Shown: in pieces, positions 9,409-18,050 of the stretch
Position numbering within the stretch: the stretch's first letter is position 1
Layout of the letters: each line of letters begins with the position of its first letter
NCBI GenBank assembly: GCA_017463065.1
Contig: JAFTPX010000009.1
Coordinates: forward strand, 13,256-77,255
Length of the DNA: 64,000 bases
DNA from: Clostridia bacterium
Lineage (GTDB): Bacteria > Bacillota > Clostridia > Oscillospirales > CAG-272
Direction of reading: 5' to 3'
Made by a program: the position numbers and the translations under genes
Notes under the pieces: generated by a model
What the model saw: only the letters and a program-made list of their open reading frames with translations
What the model was told of the DNA's origin: nothing
Databases searched by the model: none

Positions 9409-10287
9409 ATGAGAATAGGATTGATCGATGTAGACAGCCACAATTTCCCCAACCTCGCACTCATGAAGTTGTCCGCACATCATAAAGCCAACGGAGACAC
9501 GGTTGAATGGTACGATCACAAAAAGCATTACGACATCGTATATCAGTCAAAAGTCTTTGATAGCACCTACAGCAAAGACATTACATTCACACCAAACGCG
9601 GACACAGTAATAAAGGGCGGCACCGGCTATGGGTTAGATAACGCCCTCCCGGACGCAGTAGAACACATCATGCCCGATTACTCGCTATATGGGATCACAG
9701 ACACGGCATACGGATTTTTGACACGCGGTTGTCCGCGGCATTGCGAATTTTGCATCGTCGGGGACAAAGAGGGCTTGCGAAGCGTAAAGGTTGCGGATCT
9801 TTCTGAATTTTGGAACGGACAGCAAAAAATCGAACTACTCGACCCAAACCTCTTGGCTTGCAAAGACCGCATGGAGCTTTTGGATCAGCTCATCGAAAGC
9901 CGCGCAATCGTAAACGTCAACCAAGGATTCGACATTCGCCTCGCCAACGAAGAAATCGCAGAAAAACTCGGTAGAATGCGGATCAAGCGCGTTCACTTCG
10001 CGTGGGACAATCCACATCAGGACTTGACGGAGCATTTCCGCCGATTCGCAACGGCTTACAGGCGCAAGGCTGTCAGCACCAAGGTGGTATACATACTCGT
10101 CAATTTCAATTCCACGATGGAGGAAAACCTACACCGCATTTACACGGTACGAGACCTCGGCTACGACCCGTATGTTATGGTTTACGACAAACCAAACGCC
10201 CCGCGCGAAATAAGAAAATTGCAACGGTGGGTGAATAACAAAATCATATTCCGAAAATGCCACCGATTCGAAGATTACGAGGTATAA
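9409..10287 (+). CDS. Radical SAM enzyme 1 (Rossmann/B12-binding-like N-terminal domain)
   Basis: CPRHCEFC (CxxxCxxC) cluster motif. The N-terminal RIGLIDVDSHNFPNLALMKLSAHHKANGDTV resembles the N-domain of class B radical SAM enzymes. Starts 4 nt after the metK stop. Confidence 0.8.
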   Translation: MRIGLIDVDSHNFPNLALMKLSAHHKANGDTVEWYDHKKHYDIVYQSKVFDSTYSKDITFTPNADTVIKGGTGYGLDNALPDAVEHIMPDYSLYGITDTAYGFLTRGCPRHCEFCIVGDKEGLRSVKVADLSEFWNGQQKIELLDPNLLACKDRMELLDQLIESRAIVNVNQGFDIRLANEEIAEKLGRMRIKRVHFAWDNPHQDLTEHFRRFATAYRRKAVSTKVVYILVNFNSTMEENLHRIYTVRDLGYDPYVMVYDKPNAPREIRKLQRWVNNKIIFRKCHRFEDYEV

Positions 10288-10288
10288 A

Positions 10289-11302
10289 ATGGAACACGCT
10301 AAAATCATTCACGGCGATAGTCTCGAAGTCTTGAAAACCCTCCCCGACTGTTCGATCGATTGTTGCGTTACCTCTCCTCCTTACTACGGACTGAGAAACT
10401 ACGGGAGCGACGGGCAAATCGGTTTAGAGGAAACCCCGGAGGAGTACATACAGAAACTTGTTGAGATATTCAGAGAGGTACGACGCGTTCTTAAGGACGA
10501 CGGCACGCTATGGGTTAACATCGGCGACAGTTACGCAGGAAGCAGAAAAGGGTTGATGAAAAACGGGACTCATTCCGCAGGACCATCGAAGTCAGACAAA
10601 CACCTCGCGAAAATAACCGGACTGCAACCGTGCAAAACACCGGGGATAAAAAGAAAAGACCTCATCGGTATACCGTGGCTTCTCGCATTCGCTTTACGGC
10701 AAGACGGTTGGTATTTACGGCAGGACATTATTTGGAACAAGCCCAACGCGATGCCGGAAAGCGTCAAGGACCGTTGCACAAAGAGCCACGAATACATTTT
10801 CCTTTTTAGCAAATCGGGACGGTATTTTTTCGACCACGAGGCAATAAAAGAACCTTGCGTAGGATACGACAATAGACCGCCTGCAGGAAGCAACGGGACG
10901 TTGAAACCCAATTCTCGAAAGAGGAAAGGCAATGCAAAGTCATTCCGAGGGGGAGGCGCATATACGTGCGGCAGATCCTTCGAAAACAGCGCAAACGTCG
11001 AAAGACAGACACACGGTAACACCCCCAATGAAAAGGGAACGCGGAACAAGCGGAGCGTTTGGAGCGTAGCTACACAGGGGTACAAAGGAGCGCATTTTGC
11101 AACTTTCCCCGAAAAGCTTGTTGAGCCTTGTATATTGGCAGGATCAAAACCGGGCGGAACGATCATCGACCCGTTTTCGGGGAGTGGGACAACGGGCGCA
11201 GTCGCAATAAGAAACAGCCGCAAATACATCGGGATTGAAATAAATCCCGAATATGTAGAACTATCATCAGACAGACTCGCAAAGGAGGAGGAGAAAAAAT
11301 GA
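10289..11302 (+). CDS. DNA methyltransferase, beta-class N4-C/N6-A (SPPY type)
   Basis: Motif IV SPPY lies near the N-terminus (CCVTSPPYYGLRNY) and motif I FSGSGTTG near the C-terminus. Starts 1 nt after the upstream stop. Confidence 0.85.
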   Translation: MEHAKIIHGDSLEVLKTLPDCSIDCCVTSPPYYGLRNYGSDGQIGLEETPEEYIQKLVEIFREVRRVLKDDGTLWVNIGDSYAGSRKGLMKNGTHSAGPSKSDKHLAKITGLQPCKTPGIKRKDLIGIPWLLAFALRQDGWYLRQDIIWNKPNAMPESVKDRCTKSHEYIFLFSKSGRYFFDHEAIKEPCVGYDNRPPAGSNGTLKPNSRKRKGNAKSFRGGGAYTCGRSFENSANVERQTHGNTPNEKGTRNKRSVWSVATQGYKGAHFATFPEKLVEPCILAGSKPGGTIIDPFSGSGTTGAVAIRNSRKYIGIEINPEYVELSSDRLAKEEEKK

Positions 11303-12003
11303 AACCGATCTACGTTCCGAAAGGCAAAGCCAAAGAATACGGAGATTACGCCCTCAACATCTATACGGGCTGTCCTCACCGATGTTTTTACTGCTTTGCA
11401 CCGAATGTTTTGCGCCGGGAAAAGGAACAGTTTCACGCGGTTGTAAAACCCCGGGAGAACATCGTTGAGGAAACGAGAAAGCAGATCGAGAAAGAGGGCA
11501 TCACGGGGAAGCTCATTCACCTGTGTTTCACATGCGATCCATACCCCCTCGGCCACGACACAACGGTTACGCGAGAGATTATATCCCTGCTCAAAAGCAC
11601 CGGGAACAACGTGCAAATCCTTACCAAAGGCAATGGCCGCCGCGACTTCGATTTGCTCGGACCGGAAGATTGGTACGGCATAACCCTCGACGGCGGGCTC
11701 ACCTTCAAACATGAAGTTGCTTCTTTCCCCGTTACAAGAGCGGAGACGCTACGAGAGGCTCACGCAAGAGGGATAAAAACTTGGGTGTCGTTTGAGCCTG
11801 TTCTTAACGCAGAAACCGTGCTGAAAAACATCAAATACGTCGCAGAATTTGTAGATAAGGTGAAAATCGGCAAACTCAACTACCACCCATCGGATATTGA
11901 TTGGGCGGAATTTGGAAGGAAAGCCGAAAGCCTATGTCAGAAACTCGGACTCGACTACTACATCAAAGAGTCTCTCCGGGCGGAAATGGAGGCGGCAAAA
12001 TGA
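11299..12003 (+). CDS. Radical SAM enzyme 2 (small, SplB/COG1533-like)
   Basis: CPHRCFYC CxxxCxxC motif close to the N-terminus. ATGA overlap with the methyltransferase stop. Confidence 0.75.
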   Translation: MKPIYVPKGKAKEYGDYALNIYTGCPHRCFYCFAPNVLRREKEQFHAVVKPRENIVEETRKQIEKEGITGKLIHLCFTCDPYPLGHDTTVTREIISLLKSTGNNVQILTKGNGRRDFDLLGPEDWYGITLDGGLTFKHEVASFPVTRAETLREAHARGIKTWVSFEPVLNAETVLKNIKYVAEFVDKVKIGKLNYHPSDIDWAEFGRKAESLCQKLGLDYYIKESLRAEMEAAK

Positions 12004-12404
12004 GCAGAGAGATTTTATTCCGGGGGAAGCGAACCGACAAAGACGAGTTTGCCGAAGGATATTTCGGAGTGTTCAAAGGTGTGCCACAAATTTATGTTCC
12101 TTTTACAGAGAAAGAGGAAAAAGAAAACGAGGGGCACATCTTCTCTGCGATAGGCGGCCTTTGGCACAAAGTTGTCCCCGAAACCGTGGGCCAGTACACG
12201 AACCGGGACGCGGCGAACGGAAAGATCTTCGAGGGGGACATCTTGCAGAGTCCCAAGGGAGAGATATTGGTAGCCGCATACGCCGGCACTCAATTCACCT
12301 TGCGACAGCTTAACGGCAGGGCGAAAACATGGCTACACGCAAATTCCTATAGGATCATCGGGAATAAATTCGATAACCCGGAGCTTTTGGAGGTCCGCAG
12401 ATGA
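12000..12404 (+). CDS. YopX-family protein (copy 1)
   Basis: N-terminal ILFRGKR and C-terminal IIGNKFDNPELLE are typical of YopX. ATGA overlap with the upstream stop. Confidence 0.7.
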   Translation: MSREILFRGKRTDKDEFAEGYFGVFKGVPQIYVPFTEKEEKENEGHIFSAIGGLWHKVVPETVGQYTNRDAANGKIFEGDILQSPKGEILVAAYAGTQFTLRQLNGRAKTWLHANSYRIIGNKFDNPELLEVRR

Positions 12405-13003
12405 AAATTACTGAATCAGCACCCATTATTTGCGCGACGTGCGAAAAGGTGTTTTACGGAAAATATGCTTCTTATTGCCCCGAATGCCTGCGGAAGTTAT
12501 CAAGCGAAAGAGCAAAACGGATTGGACTCAATAAGTTGGGAAACGAAGCATATTCAAAGAAAACAAGCGGAAAGGAGCAAAGGATGAGCAAGATTGATTG
12601 GGACATCATAGACAGGCTCACACGAGCGTTTCCGAACGGCTTTATAAACGGACAGGGCGAATTCGTCGCCCACAGGACAGGCGAGTATTTCATTCTCCGA
12701 AACTGCGAAACAGAACTCGACATCAAGTGCAAGGTTTTGGAGTGGTTTTCGCGGGCGGCGTATAAGACCGAGCCGTACGGAAGCAAGGAGAAAAACGACG
12801 AATTCCACGCATTTATGCTCCGCGGCATAAATTTATTCCTCGGGACGCGCTTTACGCAGGGGGATATGGAGTACATATACACCTACCTCGGAAACGCCAT
12901 AAATCACGAAAAAACGGTTGAATTCATTACCGAGGCTCAATACAATATGGGATTTTTCCAACAGTTTGAAAACAGGAGGGCTACCGATGGAAAAGCAGAT
13001 TGA
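12401..13003 (+). CDS. Hypothetical protein with N-terminal zinc ribbon
   Basis: CATC..CPEC at the N-terminus. ATGA overlap with the upstream stop. Confidence 0.55.
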   Translation: MKITESAPIICATCEKVFYGKYASYCPECLRKLSSERAKRIGLNKLGNEAYSKKTSGKEQRMSKIDWDIIDRLTRAFPNGFINGQGEFVAHRTGEYFILRNCETELDIKCKVLEWFSRAAYKTEPYGSKEKNDEFHAFMLRGINLFLGTRFTQGDMEYIYTYLGNAINHEKTVEFITEAQYNMGFFQQFENRRATDGKAD

Positions 13004-13292
13004 GGAAATGGCTTGGGATTTGTGCGATATTCCGAGACACCCGAGCATCAAATCGTGTGAACAATGTGGCAACAAACATTGTCACGCTATGTATTATGCA
13101 GAACGGGCTTGCAACGCAGGCTACCGCAAGCAGAAAGAAGGGCATTGGATAACACGTGCCGCTTCTTACGAGTGTTCGGAATGTGGCGAAGAGATTGATG
13201 TAGACAATCCCGAAGATTACGACCCTGTCAGCGATTATGATTTGCGTTTCTGCTCCAGTTGCGGGGCGAAGATGAAAGGCGGTGCGGAGTGA
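12987..13292 (+). CDS. Hypothetical zinc-ribbon protein
   Basis: ATG 12987 with AGGAGGG RBS. CEQC..C.., CSEC and CSSC motifs. Confidence 0.55.
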   Translation: MEKQIEEMAWDLCDIPRHPSIKSCEQCGNKHCHAMYYAERACNAGYRKQKEGHWITRAASYECSECGEEIDVDNPEDYDPVSDYDLRFCSSCGAKMKGGAE

Positions 13293-13591
13293 TGGCACGA
13301 TACATTAGTGCCAATGAATTAACTGCATTGATACAAGAAAAGTTAAACGAAAACCAAGAACTCAAGGGGACCTTCGGGTATTATGCAGTTGAGACATTTA
13401 AGGAAATTCTTGAGAAAGCGCCCGCCGCCGATGTTGTTCCCGTCGTCCGCTGTAAGGATTGCAGAAACTGTGAGCTCATATACCCCGAAAAGAAAATCGG
13501 GGAAGAGCCCGTGGTTGTTTATTATTGCGAAGCCATCAAAGGAAGCAGAACGCCGACAGATTTTTGCAGTTACGGGGTGAAGAAAGAATGA
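13292..13591 (+). CDS. Hypothetical Cys-rich phage protein
   Basis: ATG overlaps the upstream TGA. CKDCRNC motif. Confidence 0.55.
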   Translation: MARYISANELTALIQEKLNENQELKGTFGYYAVETFKEILEKAPAADVVPVVRCKDCRNCELIYPEKKIGEEPVVVYYCEAIKGSRTPTDFCSYGVKKE

Positions 13592-13707
13592 CAGAAGCAA
13601 CAGAGTTAGCTCTCCAATTGGCAAGTTTCGGAGCCTGTGCGATTGCGCTTAGTGCAGTCAGCGCATTCCTTGCGGTATTACTTTTAGAGGTTTGGAGAGG
13701 ACGGTAA
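13588..13707 (+). CDS. Small (39 aa) hydrophobic protein
   Basis: ATGA overlap with the upstream stop. One predicted TM helix (FGACAIALSAVSAFLAVLLL). Confidence 0.4.
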   Translation: MTEATELALQLASFGACAIALSAVSAFLAVLLLEVWRGR

Positions 13708-13712
13708 CAGCT

Positions 13713-14432
13713 ATGACATACGATCAGATCATTAAGGCATTGCATTGTTGTTCAGAGTATGAAGAATGTTGCAGATGCCCGTGTAAAAACGAATGCGGTG
13801 ATTTAGGGGTGCTGACGGGCAATGCCCTTGACCTCATCACCCGCCAAAAGGCAGAGATCGAGCGGTTGACCGCAGAGCTCAAAGGCAAAGACATCACAAA
13901 AGAATTACGGAGGGACACCATGGCAAAGGTAAAAATTGAAGCAAAAGACGTACCCGGCTTCGGGGGGATCTGTTTCGAGGCAGAGGGCCAAGAAAGTTTC
14001 GTTGCAAGAGAGCAGAACGATTTCTTTTTGATCCTCGACTCGATCCAAGAGGCTGTAACGGGGCCCACGATTATCCTGCGCCCCGTGAGCAAAAAAACAG
14101 ACGATAGGCGGGCAAGAGGGCAAGTCCCCGAAATCAAGCGCACAGACGTCCTCAGAGACGCTCTTGCCACCCTTGGGTTAATGTATCAAAGCGACAGGGC
14201 AATCGAGGAAATGAGCGAGCTCACAAAGGCGATCTGCAAGGAACGCCGGGCGATTACCGAAAGCGAAATCTCAAAGGCACGAGAGAACATCATCGAGGAA
14301 CTCGCAGACGTTTACATCACGCTACGGCAGTTGTTCATCGTTTACGGCGGAGACGCGCTTCAGAGAGCCGTAGATGAAAAGATCGGCCGCCTCGCACAGA
14401 CGTTACAGAAAGCACACAAGGAGGGAAAATGA
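13713..14432 (+). CDS. Cys-rich N-terminal domain fused to a MazG-like NTP pyrophosphohydrolase domain
   Basis: N-terminal CCSEYEECCRCPCKNEC plus a coiled coil. The C-terminal AIEEMSELTKA...IIEELADVYITL matches the EExxE / E..D metal-binding helices of MazG-type enzymes. Confidence 0.65.
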   Translation: MTYDQIIKALHCCSEYEECCRCPCKNECGDLGVLTGNALDLITRQKAEIERLTAELKGKDITKELRRDTMAKVKIEAKDVPGFGGICFEAEGQESFVAREQNDFFLILDSIQEAVTGPTIILRPVSKKTDDRRARGQVPEIKRTDVLRDALATLGLMYQSDRAIEEMSELTKAICKERRAITESEISKARENIIEELADVYITLRQLFIVYGGDALQRAVDEKIGRLAQTLQKAHKEGK

Positions 14433-14435
14433 ACC

Positions 14436-14843
14436 ATGAATGAGTGTAATTTCACAGGAAGAATTTGCGACGATTTGGAGCTGAAAAAGACCCAAAACGG
14501 AGTCAGCGTATTATCGTTTACCCTTGCTGTAAAGCGACGCCGTGTGAAGGACGTTACGGACTTCATTCCGTGTGTAGTTTGGCGGCAGAGCGCGGAATAC
14601 CTTTCCATGTATGCCCGCAAGGGAGACATGATAGAAGTTACGGGATCTCTCGAAAGCCGCAAGTGGGAAGACCGGGACGGAAACAAACGGACCGCGTGGG
14701 AGATCCAATGCGAAAAGGTAGGGTTCCTCGCTTCCAAGGGTGCAAAGCAGGAAGCGCAGGACACCGCTCCCTCGTACAGTAACGCGGGCGCTCCGGGCTG
14801 TTTTGAGGATCTCGGCTACGACGACGAATTACCGTTCAATTAA
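14436..14843 (+). CDS. ssb: Single-stranded DNA-binding protein
   Basis: OB-fold pattern (NFTGRICDDLELKKTQNGVSVLSFTLAV...WEDRDGNKR) and an acidic C-terminal tip DDELPF. Confidence 0.9.
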   Translation: MNECNFTGRICDDLELKKTQNGVSVLSFTLAVKRRRVKDVTDFIPCVVWRQSAEYLSMYARKGDMIEVTGSLESRKWEDRDGNKRTAWEIQCEKVGFLASKGAKQEAQDTAPSYSNAGAPGCFEDLGYDDELPFN

Positions 14844-14854
14844 GGAGGGACGAC

Positions 14855-15034
14855 ATGAAAAATATTCTTTGCAAACTCGGATTCCACAGACAGGAAAAGG
14901 ACTTCTATTTGAGAGTCACCCGCCACCACAAGAATGGCATGGCGTACCACAGAAACTATGTTGTGTGTAAGAGGTGCGGGAAACGCCTCGCCACTTTAGC
15001 AAAGCAGAAGACAGGAGGGAAGAACGATGGCTAA
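14855..15034 (+). CDS. Small (59 aa) basic protein, below the ORF-track cutoff
   Basis: Read by hand: MKNILCKLGFHRQEK...VVCKRCGKRLATLAKQK. Fills an otherwise empty gap. Its stop overlaps the next ATG. Confidence 0.35.
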   Translation: MKNILCKLGFHRQEKDFYLRVTRHHKNGMAYHRNYVVCKRCGKRLATLAKQKTGGKNDG

Positions 15035-15299
15035 AAAGAGAAAATGCAGATACACCCCGGAGGAGCTTGCGATCCACGACGAAGCGGTTAGACTTCGCAA
15101 GATGACCGACGCACAGCTCGTGCAGGCGTTCAGAGAGGCCGCAGAGCCTCCCTGCGCCGCTTTTGAGGAAAGCCCTACCGAGAAGACCAACCCCGTGAAA
15201 AAGCTGATTGAGGGGCTTTCAAGAGGCGATTGCAAGGGGGTCAAGGGCGCAACCGTCTACAAGATCGAACAGTACGCCGCGGAGGTGGGGCTGATTTGA
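15027..15299 (+). CDS. Hypothetical phage protein
   Basis: ATG with GGAGGGAAG upstream. 90 aa. No motif recognised. Confidence 0.5.
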   Translation: MAKKRKCRYTPEELAIHDEAVRLRKMTDAQLVQAFREAAEPPCAAFEESPTEKTNPVKKLIEGLSRGDCKGVKGATVYKIEQYAAEVGLI

Positions 15300-15808
15300 G
15301 GGACAATGCGCAACACTACAAAGCCGTTATTAGCGGGAGGAGAAGCAGGGAGGCCGGGGAGTTTTGGGAAAACGTTATAGACGCGACCTGCGAATATTAC
15401 AGCCGCATCGGGATAGCGGAAATCCAAAAGACACCGGAGCCCATGAAGCCGATCAGACCGCTCGGCAACGGCAAATTTATTGCTCACTACGAGAAAAGAG
15501 CACAGCCGGATTACAAAGGCACCTGTGCCGGAGGCAGATCAATTGTATTCGAGGCAAAGCACACAGATGCCGACAGGCTTTTACAGAGCGTTGTTTCGAG
15601 TGAGCAGGAGAAACGACTCAACAAGCACGAAAAGCTCGGCGCGGATTGCTTTGTGTTGGTTTCCTTTGGATTCAAGGAGTTTTTCAAGGTCCCGTGGGCG
15701 GTCTTTCGGTCCATGAAAGAGATCTACGGGCGCAAGTACATCAAGCCGGAGGATCTTCGGGAATACCAAATCCGCTACACGGGAGGCGTACTTAAATTTT
15801 TAGACTAA
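15296..15808 (+). CDS. RecU-like Holliday junction resolvase
   Basis: PDYKGTCAGGRSIVFEAKHT matches the RecU D..(G)..FEAK nuclease core. Start assigned to TTG 15296, which overlaps the upstream TGA; this start is uncertain. Confidence 0.65.
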   Translation: MRDNAQHYKAVISGRRSREAGEFWENVIDATCEYYSRIGIAEIQKTPEPMKPIRPLGNGKFIAHYEKRAQPDYKGTCAGGRSIVFEAKHTDADRLLQSVVSSEQEKRLNKHEKLGADCFVLVSFGFKEFFKVPWAVFRSMKEIYGRKYIKPEDLREYQIRYTGGVLKFLD

Positions 15809-15833
15809 TTCTATACTTACGGGAGGACACAGG

Positions 15834-16082
15834 ATGAAGATATTTCAAAAATGGCGGGCATCGAAACACCGCGACGAAGTCGAAGCGACGATTGAGAACT
15901 ATAACGAGGCAGTCACGAACCTCGGGGAAGCGGCAGATCAGCTTGGAGCGATGCTGAAAAAGTGCGGGATCGAGTCGGAAAACATCACCGCATCGATTGA
16001 GCGCATGAAAGAATTGGCGGATATCGCACTTATCACCCCGGAGGATTTGCAGAGAGGAGGAAACAGCAATGGGAAAAGGTAA
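15834..16082 (+). CDS. Hypothetical phage protein
   Basis: ATG after GGAGGACACAGG. 82 aa. Confidence 0.45.
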   Translation: MKIFQKWRASKHRDEVEATIENYNEAVTNLGEAADQLGAMLKKCGIESENITASIERMKELADIALITPEDLQRGGNSNGKR

Positions 16083-16731
16083 AGGTGAGGACTTACAAGC
16101 GATCATACAAGCGGCGGTTACAGCGGCTTTTGAGGTCGCAGAGAAGAACATCGAGGAGAAACTGCAAGCGGCGGTAGAACTCGGGACGAAGATCGGCGCG
16201 GCCATCGGTGCGGAGATCGGAGCGAAATCGGCGGTGAAAGCCGTTGAGCGCGAAAAAAAGAAGTTTCGGGAGCAACAGTACGACCGGAGATTCCACAACA
16301 CCAAGCTCCTTTTGCAGAACTACCGACACCTCAACGAGCATTTCAAGAACGCTATTTTTGAGATCGAACAGGCGGAGGAATACGACGAAACCTTTGTTGA
16401 CATCATGGAGCTTATGTCAAGCAGAGGCTACGGCGACAATTTATGCGTGGAAAGCATCAAGAAATCCACCGTCCACACCAAGATCATCATGACCCATGTA
16501 AACCGCATGATCGACGTATACGGGATCATGTGCGAGAGGTCGTCCCGGGCAGACGACAAGAGGCACTACCGCATACTGAAAGCGATGTACCTCGACGAAC
16601 AGCCAACGTCCGCGCTTGCCATCGCAGAGCGCGAACACATCGACAAACGCACCGTTTACAAGGATCTCGACGCGGCGGCCACGTGCTTGACCATGCTTCT
16701 CTACGGAATTAGCGGAATCGAAAAGATGTGA
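16069..16731 (+). CDS. Putative late-gene transcription regulator (sigma-70 region-4 / ArpU-like HTH)
   Basis: The C-terminal ILKAMYLDEQPTSALAIAEREHIDKRTVYKDL looks like a sigma region 4 HTH. It sits immediately before the packaging/late genes. Confidence 0.45.
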   Translation: MGKGKGEDLQAIIQAAVTAAFEVAEKNIEEKLQAAVELGTKIGAAIGAEIGAKSAVKAVEREKKKFREQQYDRRFHNTKLLLQNYRHLNEHFKNAIFEIEQAEEYDETFVDIMELMSSRGYGDNLCVESIKKSTVHTKIIMTHVNRMIDVYGIMCERSSRADDKRHYRILKAMYLDEQPTSALAIAEREHIDKRTVYKDLDAAATCLTMLLYGISGIEKM

Positions 16732-16756
16732 CGCGTTTCGGGGCAAAAAGAGGGCA

Positions 16757-16785
16757 TTTACAAGGCGATAAGAAAAATGTATAAT
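16757..16785 (+). promoter_or_regulatory. Sigma-A-type promoter (TTTACA - 17 nt - TATAAT)
   Basis: tttaca at 16757-16762 and tataat at 16780-16785, with exactly 17-nt spacing, in a 190-nt non-coding gap. Confidence 0.6.
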
Positions 16786-16835
16786 ATAGGCTGTAAAATC
16801 GTGTACCACCTTAACGGATTTTGCATAACAAGCAG

Positions 16836-16877
16836 AAGCAGGCCGCCTTATCGAAAGATCGAGGCGGCTTGCTTTTT
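16836..16877 (+). terminator. Intrinsic terminator about 50 nt downstream of the promoter and upstream of the next gene
   Basis: aagcaggccgcct (16836-16848) pairs with aggcggcttgctt (16862-16874; 13 bp, one G-U). An inner atc-GAAA-gat extension follows, then a T run (gctttttgc). Confidence 0.7.
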
Positions 16878-16921
16878 GCACACCAACGACCCAAAACGGG
16901 GCATTTTGAGAAGGAGGCGTT

Positions 16922-17428
16922 ATGTTTTACATAATCATCGGACAAAGCGGATCGGGGAAAACCACATTCGCAAAAACGAATTTCCTTTCCGAGCCGATTG
17001 AGATCATAGAGGACATCATCCCTTACAGCAAATGCTCAAACGGGATCATCGCCCTCGGCAGATACGGAATCGGCAAGCGCACCGAGGGGACGGACACGCT
17101 CTCTTACAGCGCAAAGAACAACATCAAGAAGCTCCTTCGGAAGCTCAAACACGAAAACGTCCTCCTCGAAGGCGACAGGATCAACAACAAAGAGATATTC
17201 GACTTCATAGCCTCCCTCGGGGTTGGCGTTAAACTTTACCTCGTGACCTGCAGTTTGAACACGTCCATGAGACGGTTAAGAGCCGCGGGAAGCACGATTA
17301 CACCGTCGTTCGTGAAAATGACAAAGACAAAATCGAAGAGAATGTTTTTGGAATACGGACAGCGATTCAATGGAGAAATCATAAACACGGAGGAACAGGA
17401 CAATGCAAACAGCCATAATGAAACTTAA
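16922..17428 (+). CDS. P-loop NTPase / small kinase-like protein
   Basis: Walker A GQSGSGKT at residues 7-14. 168 aa, the size of a nucleotide-kinase fold. GGAGG RBS. Confidence 0.65.
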   Translation: MFYIIIGQSGSGKTTFAKTNFLSEPIEIIEDIIPYSKCSNGIIALGRYGIGKRTEGTDTLSYSAKNNIKKLLRKLKHENVLLEGDRINNKEIFDFIASLGVGVKLYLVTCSLNTSMRRLRAAGSTITPSFVKMTKTKSKRMFLEYGQRFNGEIINTEEQDNANSHNET

Positions 17429-18050
17429 AGACATTCGCCCGGCGGCATACAATCCACGTGTAGTATTAAAGCCGGGTGACGCAGAGTGGGAGTCACTCAA
17501 AAACAGCCTCGGGAAATTCGGGCTTGTAGAGCCTTTGGTCTTTAACAAGACAACGGGGAACCTCGTCAGCGGCCACCAACGCCTCAATGTATTGAAAACA
17601 AGCGGCGCAGAGGAGGCAGAGGTCGTTATCATCGAAGTTGACGAGGAGAAAGAAAAGCTCCTTAACATCGCTTTGAACAAGATCGACGGCGATTGGGACT
17701 ACAAAAAGTTGGAAGCCCTTTTCGATGAAATCGACTCCGAAGACATCAAATTCACGGGCTTTACACCGGATGAATTATACAACCTTTTCGACGGCGAAAT
17801 TCCGGAAGACGAGGACGACGACGAAGAGGAAAGTAACGGATCTACCGACAGCGGCGAGAAAGACAGCAAAGAGGCAGACCCGGAGAACCCTCCCGAGCTT
17901 TTGAAGGAGTTTCACATCTTTTTGTCATTCCCGACGAAGGATCTTGCGGAGAAATGGCTGAAAGACAGAGGCGTAGAGGCCGAATACCAAGGAATGGCCC
18001 GCAACATCACGATCAGAATGGAGGGAATCGACTATGGTACAGGAAATTAA
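17403..18050 (+). CDS. ParB N-terminal-domain (ParB/Srx-like) protein, paralogue 1
   Basis: LKDIRPAAYNPR...LVEPLVFNKTTGNLVSGHQRLNVL has the ParB-N GxxR-type core. An acidic DEDDDEEE linker and a small C-terminal domain follow. Confidence 0.75.
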   Translation: MQTAIMKLKDIRPAAYNPRVVLKPGDAEWESLKNSLGKFGLVEPLVFNKTTGNLVSGHQRLNVLKTSGAEEAEVVIIEVDEEKEKLLNIALNKIDGDWDYKKLEALFDEIDSEDIKFTGFTPDELYNLFDGEIPEDEDDDEEESNGSTDSGEKDSKEADPENPPELLKEFHIFLSFPTKDLAEKWLKDRGVEAEYQGMARNITIRMEGIDYGTGN

